Of a stretch of 64,000 nt of DNA, positions 15,231 to 27,393 are shown one piece after another. The notes beneath the pieces are model-generated. The model was not told the DNA's origin and did no database searches. It saw only the letters and a program-made list of their open reading frames with translations. Position 1 is the first letter of the stretch. Every line of letters starts with the position of its first letter. The stretch is from Geosiphon pyriformis uo1 (Eukaryota; Fungi; Glomeromycota): contig JAAOMT010000752.1 in assembly GCA_016748015.1 (NCBI GenBank), positions 318,976-382,975 on the forward strand, given 5' to 3'. The position numbers and the translations under genes were made by a program.

Positions 15231-16990
15231 CTTATTATTAAACATGATTTAAACATATGACTCAAGTTTATTTAAAAATAGAATAATAATTTAAAACAAA
15301 TTTTGTATCATCTTTGTATATATGTATATTTTAATAAATAAAAAATTAATTATTAAAAATCTTAACAAAAAATTTGTTAATTTGCATCAAAAAAAATTTT
15401 ATTTAAAAATTTAATTATCAAAAAAACTGTTTTCAGTCATAATACAAAATTATTTATAATTCTATTTAATGATTAAAATTAATACTTAAAATTTTTTATA
15501 AAAATTTAAACAATTTTTTGCCTAAATAAACTTATAAAGTTGTTTTATTGTTTAATTTTTTATTTTGTTATTAACGCATTTTAAATTAATATAACAAATA
15601 TATTGTAAAATTGTTTTAAACATAAATTTTTAGGAATAAATTCAAATTTATTGTAGTTTTTAATGATAAAATTAATTAGTAATTTTTAATTTTTTTAATT
15701 TTTTTAAAAAATCTTTGTTTAAAAGACAATTTTATAATTCGATAATACAGTTGTTAAAAAAAATTAACAAAAAGTGTTAAAAAACATACAAAGTATATTA
15801 TCTATGTATATTATTCATAAAATTCAAAAGTTCCAGCTCAAAAAATTTAATTCTATGTTTTATATATAATAATCAACATTAAAAAATTAAATTTGTAATT
15901 TATATATAAAGTTTCATTATTTATTCATATATATTTTAATTCATTTGATAGCCACTATTAATTAAATTATATAGTAAACATGTTTAAAGCATGTAACATT
16001 TTAAATTATTTGTAAAAATTCATTAACCCACTTTTTCAATTAGAAAATTCACATTTTATCGAATCATACATTAAATGTGAAAATTCTGATGATTATTAGA
16101 AAAACTAATACATTCCGTTTTAATAGAATGTATGTTAAAATATTGCATATGAAAAATCTAAATTTAAAATTTCTAATAAAAACTTCTTTCATAATATTGG
16201 AAATTCGTATATTTTTATATGTATGCGAATTTGAGTTATATATATTTTAATCAAATGTAAATTTTAGAAATTAAAATCTAAAAAATTAGCTTAATTGATT
16301 GCTTTTTTTAAAAAATTCGTTAGAATTTCAAATAATTAAATTATTACATTATAAGTATTGTTTATATAATTTCTTCTCATATTTTTAAAATTTATGTTTT
16401 TTCAATTTAAAACTTACTAACCTTTTTCATATTTGTTTTCGAATATATTGATAAAAAAATGCTTATCCTATGATCAGTTATTTTCGATTATTTATAGATC
16501 TGATTTCGAAAATTGATTTATATATTAATTAGTCATTTTATAAGAAATTAAATATATATATGGATATTTAATTTATAACATAAAGCTTATCTTAATTAAT
16601 ATATAAAGTTTAGTTCTCGAGAATTTTTGTTAATATCTTTAAAAAAACATTTTAATTTGAAATTTTTATTATAAAATAAAAATTAATTTATTAATTCTAA
16701 AAATTTTTAATAAGGTAAAGATTTTCATCACGATTCAACTTTCAATTTGAACCGCTTTTGAAAATAACCTTTTTTTATTATAGTTCTTTTGAAAATAAAA
16801 CATTCTTAGATATGAGGGAATACCATTTATAATAAATTGAATGTAATAAATGTTATAACTAACATAATTTAAAATGGAATAAATATAAAAGCTATTTAGA
16901 CAATATCCCTTATGAAAAGATTAACCAAGTAATAAAATTAATCGTACTTACGAATAGGAAAATAAAGATACCCGATCACGATTAGATCTA

Positions 16991-18692
16991 TTATGCGTCG
17001 TCTAATATAAAATAAATAGTAAAATAACCATTAAAAATATTATAATGTAAATTACATAATTATATTTTAATTTCTTACCTTTAGGGAGAAACACTAATTA
17101 TTTAAAAATAGTCAAGTAAATTAATATAAAATTTTAATATACTGTATAATAATTAAATCAATAAACTAATTATGTCTAAATTAAATAAACTAACCTTTTG
17201 TTTCTTGAATCATTTGCAAAGTTAAAACACGACTTGTATAAACTGCTCCTGGATGAATACGAGTTGTTGTCGTTGAGTCGTCACTTTCCGCCATTTCTTT
17301 TACATATTTATCTGATTCTAGAAACTGAAGACTTACAGTTGTAGACTCTTCAGATGAAAATTCCTCATCTGGAAACCACTCCTTATATGGAGACCTCTTA
17401 ATACTAAAATATCTATACATATTCCAAAGTTTCTCCAACATCTCATAAACTTCTTCCGCAGTAGGACGATTCTCAGGATTATCATCCCAACACTTTAAAA
17501 TTATTTGGGCAATACAAGGTGGAATAAGTGGGGAGGTAATCTTAGGTCTAGCCCCATCTAAAATAGCCATTATAAGAATATGATCATGTTTACAATCATA
17601 AAAGGGAGGCTTTCCTGTTGATAATTCCCATAATAACATTCCATAACTATAAATATCACCAGCCAAAGTAAACTTTTCTCCTCTTAAAACTTCTGGTGGA
17701 ATATATGGAATCACTCCATATATCTTTTTTTCTTTCATGTCTTTTCCTGTTGTTGGGTCTGTTGTTGTTGTTCCTTCATGGTTTACTGGTTGACATAATC
17801 CGAGGTCTCCAATATTCACTTCATCTTCATTGAATTGTAGGATGTTGCCCGAGTGTAGGTCACAATGAACCATACCAAAAGAATGAATTTGTTCAAGTCC
17901 TTCAGCTATTAAATGCGCAATTATTAATTTATTAGACCAACTTGTAGAATGGAAATTTGTTGATAAATATTTTCGCATATCTCCAAATTTAGCAAAGGGC
18001 ATCACAATTCCATACTCGAGTGTTTCAGCGTTTTGCGTAATTCCATACATTGAAGAGATATAATTCATACCCTTGTTATTAATTAAAATAGCTCTTTGAA
18101 TATTTAACTATCAACGACACAGTGTAAAAAAGTAAATAAACGATAATATACAGTAAATAAATAATAGGTAAATATGAATTAATTGAATATGAATTAATAA
18201 AAAATGAATTTTAGATAAATATAAACATAGATAATAATAATTTGTTTACCTCTTTAAACACTTCTTCACTGTTCGTTTTTATAATTTTTATAGCTACTTC
18301 CGCTGTTCCTTCTCTTTTATATTTAATTTCACGATGATGTTTTATACTCATGAGATGAATCGGTCCATCAATCCATGTTGCTTTATAAATTTTACCGAAC
18401 CCTCCTCTAGCAATTTCATTGACATTCGACAAACGCTCCCATGGAATCCATTCATATTTAAGAGCTCTACCACGCTGATATTTACTCTTAGGTGGAAGAT
18501 ATATTGGATTCTTAATTATTTCATCCACTTCTTTATTGCTACTTGAAAAGTCTTGGTAAAGTTTTTCAAAAATATGAAATGGCATGCACTACAATGATTC
18601 AATCCAAATCGAATGTCCCTTTGACATTCTTCACACTCATTGCAATCATGAGATTCTAGACGAGTTATTCTTTTAATTTCTTTGTTTTCCAT
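16991..18692 (-). CDS. Tyrosine-kinase-like (TKL) protein kinase of the family expanded in Glomeromycotina; apparent 1-nt frameshift near 18580
   Basis: Exons ~18692-18250 and 18107-17195, then putative micro-exon ~17094-17080 and terminal exon 17001-16991, all with GT-AG ends. Motifs EWIPW..IARGGFGKIYKATW, VAIK, HCDLHSGNIL, DLG, GVIPYIPPE, DIYSYG, CWDDNPENRP. The N-terminal CxxC..CxxC leader from ATG 18692 is out of frame with the rest. Confidence 0.9.
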
Positions 18693-19399
18693 GGTATGAA
18701 CAAGAACGGATAAAATGTAAATAGATTATTATTTGAAGAGGATTTTTTTGAAAATTTTTATTTGATAGTACGTTTAAAAAGTAATTTATTTAACCGCCGA
18801 GTTCTTATTTATATTGTTTCTCTGTGTTCACATAGTAAAAAAATCAATTTATTAATCTTAAGAAGTGGTCTTTATTCATCAAACTATGATTCGCTATAAA
18901 TTATACTAAATAGGTTTAAGTGGCTACGGTACACAAAGAAATACGCCAAACAAAGTTTCCCCATTGTCACATTGTCTTGTTACCCAAATGAGTTGTATGA
19001 TTTAATCATTGCTCGCATATCTTTATTAATCATTTTGCTTAACTTTACAGATCTGTGACTATATTCTATTAATAGGTGAATAGGAACTTGATGACTTTTA
19101 TGAACTTTAAATCTTTTTTTTTGATTTTGAGATAAAAGTAAAATACTTATTTAAAGTTTCGACTGAAGCATCAAATATTATTTTATCAAGTAGTGTGAGA
19201 GAAGTTATATCGTAAAAATGTCTATTATTAAAGTATAACATCAAAAATATTTTATTTTAAATGATAAACTTTTTTAATATTTAGAAAATCTGAAGTAAAA
19301 AAACTCAAATGTTTTGCAATTTTAAAATGGTTTTCTTTAGTTGAGAATATAATTTCTCTAAAAATATTATATATAATTAATTGCTTTTTTAATATAATT

Positions 19400-20050
19400 T
19401 TTAAATAATAATATTTTAATTTCTATTCCTATAAGTTTTAATTAATTTTCTTAAACTTTTTCATGTTTTGATGAAATTTCTAAAAGCTTATTCAAAATAC
19501 TTAGATTTTTAACAAATTTCAATTGCTCTATAAATCTAAAAGTATTTATAATATTATATTCAATTAAAATTTATAAATTAATAGTTTTTTATTTGAAAAT
19601 AAATCACTTAAAATTTAAATATATATATAAAAACAAATTTGACTTGTGTTGTTAAATTTTTAAATTGTTTGTAAAGATATGAACGTTATTGACATTTTTA
19701 AAAATAGTTTTAGATTTTTCAAGAATAATTTTAAAGATAAAATTATAATATTGCAATAAATATTACATGAATTGCAATTAATTAAATTTATTTAATTTAA
19801 ATTATGATTTATATAATAATTAAAATCATACTAATTGCAATCTATTAAGATGTTATCTTGATAAAAATTAAGCAAAAACTTTAATTTTTTTTTTATAACA
19901 ATTTGCCTTAAGTTGTATTATTCACAAGCTTAATGAATAAAATTTTTAGAAAAATATTTAAATACATTAGATTTTTTTTAAATAAATTTACTTTTAATTT
20001 ATAATAAACTTTTAATTGTGTAGTAACTAAGAATTAAATATAAATTAAGG
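19400..20050 (+). mobile_element. Eroded hAT transposase relic (C-terminal part)
   Basis: Back-mutated reading LINFLKLFHVLMK at ~19440 and an ALKLY..SQA.CERNF-like dimerisation segment at ~19900-19980. Confidence 0.4.
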
Positions 20051-21409
20051 CTGAAACTTTAATTAAAATAAATCAAAAAAGTTTGTTATTGTGTATTTTT
20101 ATGTTAAAATAGTATTTAAATTAATCTCTAATTTATATAATAATTTATAATTAAGCTAAAATAAAAATGGTTTTCAAAATTATTATATTTAAACCAATAA
20201 AATTTTTAGTTAAAATATAATTAATAAACTCGGAAATGTAAATATATGATATAAATTTATTATGTTTCTAATAAATGAGAATTGTTTAAAATAAATTATA
20301 TTCATATTTTTTACTCATATTAATTATAATGTTAAATCCTATTTTGGCTATAAGTAACATTTTTCTTTTAATTTTGTATAATAACAACATAATATTTGTT
20401 ATAATAAGCATTGATTAATATTTAATTACATTGTTTAATATAGACAATTCGAACTAATTGTTATCAATTTTAAAAACAAAGCAAATTATATATTAGCATA
20501 TATCTTTGCTTAATTATTTTTATTATTATCTAAACAAAAAAGTTAGACTAATAAGATAAAAATTAATTAAATTCATTTTTACTAATACTATTAATATTAT
20601 TAAAAGTTAAAAAGTTATTATTACCTGGTTGATTAAATAGCTTTTTTTCTTGTTTAATACTATATTTAAACCAAAATTAGATCTTTTTAAGTTTGTTTTC
20701 TAAACGCTGCTTGGTTTTGTTAAATTTAAATTAATTTCTAAAAACATATTAAATCGTTTGTATAAAATTTGTCTTTTAAATATTTTTAAATATTTTTATA
20801 ATATAGTTTTCTGTAATATATTACTTTGTATTTTTATTAATAATATTAAAAATGCTTTTGGAGTTTTTAGACTAATTATTAATATTAAATTAAAATCTGT
20901 TTGTTTTTAATAATATGTATTTTATGCTTGAAAAATTGTGAATATTTTTTTTTGGTTTTTAACAGTTCTTAAAAAAACAGTATTAGAATTTTTTTATTAA
21001 TAAATTAAAAAAAATTATTTAAGATCAAACTAATTAATCTTTTTTATGACTGTAAAGTCTATAACATTAATAATATAGTTGTTTAAATACATGTTTTTTT
21101 TTTAATTATATTAATTATAGTTTAATCGTACATTTAAATTACATTGTCAATATTTTTTTATATAAAAATTTTTATTATAATTTATAATATAAATTTTGAT
21201 ATTAATATAATTTTTTTATAATGATTTTTTTGTATTTGAAATTTTTGATATATGTAGTTTATTTCAAACATTTTTATTTTAGCTTAATTATAAATCATTA
21301 TATTAAATTGAAATTTTAATTAAAAATCGTAACGACCTTTATATCCCTTTTTTCCATGATTCTCACGCCATTCTCGTTGCTATCGTCGATCGGGTTGGAT
21401 TGGCCTTCG

Positions 21410-21590
21410 TTGGCGAAGGTTACTTGGGAATATTCCTGTCAACAGAGGGTTTGGGCGTACCTAGCGTCAAAAAGGCCAACGCGGATATCGATAAGCAGCT
21501 GTATTACTTGGGGTCAATAGTGCTATTTCTGATAATGGGATACAGAACACAGATTAGCTTTGTAGACCGAAAGAAGTGTGAGAAATGTCT
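21410..21590 (+). mobile_element. GC-intact LINE ORF2 fragment (region just C-terminal of the RT core)
   Basis: YLGIFLSTEGLGVPSVKKANAD|IDKQLYYLGSIVLFLIMGYRTQISFV contains the RT thumb YLG motif; apparent short internal deletion. Confidence 0.75.
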
Positions 21591-22436
21591 GGTATTAGTG
21601 AGTATGCCTTTCATGATTACGTCTATTTCCTCCTTAACCTCGCTCGGATCCAAAATGAGATTACCTTCGTGGATGAAATGGTCCGGAGTTACCTTCCGGA
21701 AAGGTTTCTCTAACACACTTCTGATTGTGTGTTCCCTTGTTATTTCTAAAGTGTCCCATTCGATTCTTGACAGCCTGCCTGATCTTCTCTTCCACTTTTC
21801 CTTTGGCGATCTCAATTTCTTCCACCGATCCAAGATTTCCTTCACACACGTCTTCCGGGATGCGATGCACTAAATAACCTTTGAGGTTAATAATTCCAAC
21901 TTGGGGAATCTGCAATTCTTGCTCGTACAGGGTCTTTCCCATACTTTCTTAAAGACAGCGTCGGTTACCTCTAATATACTGTTCTCAATCAATTCCCACA
22001 TTCTATTGAGGTTGCCCTTCATTTCAGCATGTTGGAATTCTGACGCGACACTTTCATACATGAGTATGGAATACCTCTTAAATTCGGTCCAAGCTTTCTC
22101 ATTTGCATTCCTGACATCGTATTTCCATTTCTCCCTGTTGGCTTTCGAACAATCCTAATTTCGATGTCTAATATTGTCCCAATTCCCACCGACATTGAGA
22201 CACTCCTATGATCCGTGTTGAAATATTCGTCAGTGCGTTGAACTATCAGATCCGTGACTACACTCCCCAGTTTTTCGGTGAGGAACACATGATCAATAAT
22301 CTTTTGAGTACCCCTAGAATTTTCCCACGTCCAATCAGATTCCGTTGTGCCTCTCTTCATTGCATTTACCAGGCCCATGTGCTTGCGCTGGCTCTTCCAT
22401 TGGATTCCTCGTTGAAATCCCCAGCAATGAATTCTT
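21580..22436 (-). mobile_element. GC-intact, frameshifted LINE ORF2 fragment (APE endonuclease C-half and linker)
   Basis: AGDFNEE, WTWENSRGTQKIIDHVF and FNTDHRSV (APE catalytic Asp/His motifs), then IRSVLEKPFRKVTPDH..ILDPSEVKEEIDVIMKG|ILTNTR. Spread over 4 frameshifted ORFs; same clade as the eroded LINEs. Confidence 0.85.
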
Positions 22437-22442
22437 AGTTAT

Positions 22443-24630
22443 TTATTCACTTGATTTGTTTGGCTTCCTAGATTTTTTTGGCGTATCTAATTCCGTTACG
22501 GTCCATGCATCCAGCTGAGCAGGCATAGGTGTCGCAGATCTCTCTATCATCGCCTCTGCAAGCAATGCCTGAAGAATTTGCTTCGATCGGAGCAAGAGTG
22601 CCTACAAAAAGGTGAAACATGTTTAACATGTTTACATCAGTAATCAAAACTGATTTATTATTAATTTTACCTTTACACGCAACACCAAACGGATCATATC
22701 TAGAGCGTCATGCATTCTGTCCAGGGATTTCGGAAGCCGTGCACGCCCAATTTCAGATGTAGCGAAAACGTTGCCACCAAGATAGTAGACAGTGTGTGCT
22801 TGGACTTCATAACCGACAATGTTGATTGCAACAGCGAACAATGCCTTAATACCTTCTACAAAGTTACTTGGCAATTGCTCGGAATTGTATTTATTTTTCA
22901 CAATCTTGATGGCTTGGATCAACTGATCTCGAGCAGTTTTTACTGCTTTGACAAAGTCAGTCCGAGCCTTTTCCATATCATGGACTTGAGACGGCCCGGA
23001 ATTCTCAGCGACACCTAATTCGACACCACGAACGTCATCTGGAAGGATCGAATTACACTAAAATGAATGAAATATGAATTAAAACTTAAAGAAAAAGGCG
23101 GGAAGAAAAGAAGTACAAAAAAAACCCTACCGAAAAAAGCCAATCAAAATGATCACCACATCTTCCACGACGGTTTCTCGATGCCCTAGACTCTCCCTCA
23201 CCACTAAATAAAAAACACTATAAAAAAAAATTTTTCGATTATAATTTCATTAAATATTATACTCACAAATGCAAATGCAAACCGTCCCATAGCGTATCGA
23301 AGAATGTCTTGACTAGATTGATATCCACATCACGTTCGGTCAAATTCGTTGAAAGCACGTCTGAGGAAATTACACGTCGGCTAATGGAATACATCATTTA
23401 ATCACTGTACTGAAAATAAAAAGGAAAGATTAAAATATGTTAAAGGAAACATACCACTGATCAAGCACATGAAAAATCCATTGTATTTCCTCTGCTGTGG
23501 CATTGACACCTTCTAAGTCAACCACGATTTGACTGTTGGACAGATCTTCCCTATTGTTTTTCTGTAAGCCTGACCATTCTTCCTTCAGCAGTTCTTCGAG
23601 TGTATTTTGCCTGCATTGTGGAAACGGATCCTTCATTTCCTGGAGCCTTAAAAGGAGGCCGGTAGCACCTTCAATACGCATATAGCTAGAGAGCTCTGCG
23701 AGTTGTCTTGATGAGAGCTGCAAATTATGAATAAAAATTAGAGTCTAATTTCCTTAAACGCTAAGATCCCTATACATGCAAGAGAATGCTTACTTTTCCC
23801 AATACATTGAGTAACTTCTGAACAGGACGTGATGTATCGAATCTACTACTTTGTGCAGCTTGTGACCTTTTCCCTATAACTCTCATATGCGACTCACTAA
23901 GGTACTGAACTGCCCGAAACTGGAAAGACCCCATAGAAGGAGGACGGAGATCAAGGATGAGATAATACATTGGGCTGGGAAAAAGGAGAAATGAAGAATT
24001 TATTTTAACTATCTGCACATAAAATAAGTGCAAGCAACAGCGTCACTTTATACGCACCTTAAATGTCCCAGGGGATCGTTTCGCACCGATTCAATAGCAT
24101 TTTTGATCTCCTGGAAAATTTCTGGTCCGAGTTCTGTAGAAATATCCTCTATCTCTCCAAGTTCCGCATGTTTGCTTCCTTCAGGATGGTATGAAGAGCC
24201 ACTGTTGTTTTCATCCTTGTCAAAGCCACCATGAGAACTTCCAATTGCCTGGCATTTAGCTGGCGTCCTTTTCCTACAGAAAAAAAATTCAATTACCAAA
24301 AGCACAAATAATTCTCCAAGTGATTATACTTGCACTTACCAATTGTCTTTTTAGTGTTGTTTTTTTCGCAACTTCCTTATTTACCATTCGAGCCAATCTT
24401 GGATTTCAATTTTTTCAACTGTCTTCTCAAAGTTGGAGTATATTATTCTTGCCTTGTTTTTTCATGAATTAACATGTTGGGCTGATGGTTGAGTGAACGG
24501 ATTTTTTTCAGCTCTTCAAATATTGATGTTATATTTTCAGGTATAACTTTGTGTTCGGAAACATCTGAGAGCATCATGGACGGACTAATTTGGGGGTCCT
24601 TAAAATGGGGTCCTTAAAGCAAGGCAAGCC
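22443..24630 (-). pseudogene. Crinkler/RHS-type restriction-endonuclease-fold (CR-REase-like) gene, multi-exon, with frameshifts
   Basis: GT-AG exons approximately 24630-24340, 24274-24059, middle exons, 23723-23455, 23410-23266, 23203-23131, 23057-22671 and 22601-22443. Spliced C-terminus reads LTERDVDINLV...FGEGESRASRNRRGRCGDHFDWLFS..VELGVAENSG..EKARTDFVKAVKTARDQL..., a D/E/D-K pattern typical of fungal REase-fold effectors. Ends ...LDTPKKSRKPNKSSE*. Small indels in the 5' exon and an in-frame stop near 23400. Confidence 0.65.
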
Positions 24631-25143
24631 GGTCACGCGATTAGCAATTTTTGAAAGGAGTTTTTTAGTAAGTTTTATTAACAGAAAAAGAAATAAGAGA
24701 CCCGAAAAATTTATACTCACGCGTCTCATAGTCAAACACTTCCAGAAAAACTTTTGCACGCACCGCATTTACAAATCATGTGCATCAATGATCTGCACTT
24801 AGTCACAGCTTCATTTTTTTGGGGTGTCACAAATTATGACGTCATTCACAAAATAACTGATTTAAAAAACAACATAGATTTGTTCGACATCAGTTATTGT
24901 TGTTTTGCACAACTGTTTTCTTATTCACTGCACAACCACACAACACCTGCTCGAGCAGCAACGAAATCTCTAACTTTTCTTCAATCATGTCAGATGACAA
25001 AGAGGCAAGCACGCTATCTCACCTTTTTACCTACACAAACAACCCTGTGACTGTTGCTCAAATGTAATTACTTTGGTTTTGTAGGATATTTCCGTTTGCA
25101 GAAGTACGGTGCATCAGGTCAGTTTCATGTTCTCTATAATAGC

Positions 25144-26488
25144 ATCAAGGCAACCTACGCCTGTATGGGCTCCACATTTGTGTGATTACTTATGGCCGAT
25201 GCTTGGTAGGAGCTCCTTAGCCATCTGCCAGGAAGTTTCAGCTCTTGCTGTATTCCTCCTGCGCAGTACGCTACCGAGGCTGTTTACCAGTTGCCAGACT
25301 TGATGATATCCTACGCCTGTATGGGCTCTACATTTGTGTGATTACTTATGGCCGATGCTTGGTAGGAGCTCCTTAGCCATCTGCCAGGAAGTTTCAGCTC
25401 TTGCTGTATTCCTCCTGTGCAGTAGGCAACGGGCTGTTTATCAGAATATCAACTAGAATCAAGGCAACCTACGCCTGTATTAGCTCTACATTTGTCTGAT
25501 TACTTATGGTCGATGCTTGGTAGGAGCTCCTTAGCCATCTGCCAGGAAGTTTCAGCTCTTGCTGTATTCCTCCTGTGCAGTACGCTACCGAGGCTGTCTA
25601 CCAGTTGCCAGACTTGATGATAACCTACGCCTGTATGGGCTCCACATTTGTGTGATTACTTATGGCCGATGCTTGGAGGAGCTCCTTAGCCATCTGCCAG
25701 GAAGTTTCAGCTCTTGCTGTATTCCTCCTGTGCAGTAGGCAACGAGCTGTTTACCAGAATATCAACTAGAATCAAGGCAACCTACGCCTGTATGGGCTCC
25801 ACATTTGTGTGATTACTTATGGCCGATGCTTGGTAGGAGCTCCTTAGCCATCTGCCAGGAAGTTTCAGCTCTTGCTGTATTCCTCCTTTGCAGTACGCTA
25901 CCGAGGCTGTCTACCAGTTGCCAGACTTGATGATATCATACGCCTGTATGCCATCTGCCAGGAAGTTTCAGCTCTTGCTGTATTCCTCCTTTGCAGTACG
26001 CTACCGAGGCTGTCTACCAGTTGCCAGACTTGATGATAACCTACGCCTGTATGGGCTCCACATTTGTGTGATTACTTATGGCCGATGCTTGGAGGAGCTC
26101 CTTAGCCATCTGCCAGGAAGTTTCAGCTCTTGCTGTATTCCTCCTGTGCAGTAGGCAACGAGCTGTTTACCAGAATATCAACTAGAATCAAGGCAACCTA
26201 CGCCTGTATGGGCTCCACATTTGTGTGATTACTTATGGCCGATGCTTGGTAGGAGCTCCTTAGCCATCTGCCAGGAAGTTTCAGCTCTTGCTGTATTCCT
26301 CCTGTGCCGTACGCTACCGAGGCTGTTTACCAGTTGCCAGACTTGATGATATCCTACGCCTGTATGGGCTCCACATTTGTGTGATTACTTATGGCCGATG
26401 TTTGGTAGGAGCCCCCTAGCCATCTGCCATGACGTTTCAGCTCTTGCTGTATTCCTCCTGTGCAGTACGCTACCGGGCTGTTTACCAG
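25144..26488. repeat. Tandem array of nine ~156-158-bp units with an alternating A/B higher-order dimer (~314 bp)
   Basis: The CCTACGCCTGTAT anchor recurs at 25154, 25310, 25468, 25624, 25781, 25937 (unit with ~53-bp deletion), 26040, 26197 and 26353. A ~115-bp constant core is followed by tail A (CGCTACCGAGGCTGT..CCAGTTGCCAGACTTGATGATA) or tail B (GGCAACG.GCTGTTTA.CAGAATATCAACTAGAATCAAGG). Confidence 0.97.
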
Positions 26489-26520
26489 AAAATGTCACCC
26501 ATGCTACGACTTACCTAGAT

Positions 26521-27393
26521 ATGTTCTAATTTTCCTTGGCTTGAAGACTGTGTCCACCTATTTTGAGGACACACGTCACCCAGATTGGTCCGTTTATGAT
26601 GCTCTCAATTATGTCTCCGAACACAGCAAGCTATACCCTGAAGATATGCCATCAATACTCGAAGAGGTGAAAAATAAAATCTGTTCACTCAACCATCAAC
26701 CCAACATCTTAGATCATGCCAAAAACAAAGCAGGAATAATAATCGCCAACTTCGACAAGATAATTGAGAATGCTCAAATCCAAGATTGGCTTCGAATGAT
26801 AAATAAGGAAGTTGCGACGGAAGCAAGACTGAAAAGGCAATTGGTAAGTGCAACTATAATTACTTGAGGAATCATTTTGTGCTTCTGGTAGTCAAAATTT
26901 TCTTGATCATTACTGTAGGAAAAGGGCGCTAAAATGTTGCCAGCCAAACGCCAGGCAGTTGAAAGTTCTCATGGTGGCTTTGACAAGGATGAAAACAACA
27001 GTGGCTCTTCATACCATCCTGAAGGAAGCAAACATGCGGAACTTGGAGAGATAGAGGATATTTCTACAGAACTCGGACCAGAAATTTTCCAGGAGATCAA
27101 AAATGCTATTGAATCGGTGCGAAACGATCCCCTGGGACATTTAAGGTGCGTATAAAGTGACGCTGTTGCTTGCACTTATTTTATGTGCAGATAGTTAAAA
27201 TAAATTCTTCATTTCTCCTTTTTCCCAGCCCAATGTATTATCTCATCCTTGATCTCCGTCCTCCTTCTATGGGGTCTTTCCAGTTTCGGGCAGTTCAGTA
27301 ACTTAATGAGTCGCATATGAGAGTTATAGGGAAAAGGTCACAAGCTGCACAAAGTAGTAGATTCGATACATCACGTCCTGTTCAGAAGTTACT
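26521..27393 (+). pseudogene. 3'-truncated paralogue of the CR-REase-like gene (N-terminal exons only)
   Basis: YFEDTRHPDWSVYDALNYVSEH...RLKRQL, intron GTAAGT ~26844-26918, then KMLPAKRQAVESSHGG...NDPLGHL. Homologous to the reverse complement of 24630-23810; homology stops abruptly at 27393, before the nuclease exons. Confidence 0.75.

Larger units (their letters stand above)
23810..27393. repeat. Inverted repeat: 23810-24240 vs 26963-27393 nearly identical; inner arms 24240-24630 vs 26530-26960 clearly diverged
   Basis: Identical ORF translations on opposite strands (24028-24234 + and 26969-27175 -). Only two mismatches seen by eye in ~430 bp (near 27301 and 27306), including intron sequence. 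Confidence 0.95.

Noticed and set aside
1-16000. Organellar DNA, AT-rich endosymbiont DNA or an alternative genetic code
   Set aside because: The AT-richness resolves into transition-eroded nuclear LINE/LTR relics contiguous with spliceosomal genes.
24575-24620. Duplicated GGGGTCCTTAAA as a transposon end
   Set aside because: Aligns to the paralogue's first exon (26535-26590) with small deletions, so it is degraded coding sequence.
25144-26488. CRISPR- or TIGR-like array next to a nuclease
   Set aside because: The variable parts are only two alternating, mutually related tails rather than unique spacers; the constant part is ~115 bp; no cas-like genes; eukaryotic context.
25144-26488. Hammerhead-ribozyme or C/D snoRNA array (TTGATGA in tail A); also ORFs 25109-25303 and 25888-26154
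   Set aside because: No complete CUGANGA..GAAA core or paired C/D boxes seen on either strand. Plus-strand frames hit stops within a unit or two, and the 314-bp dimer is not a multiple of 3.
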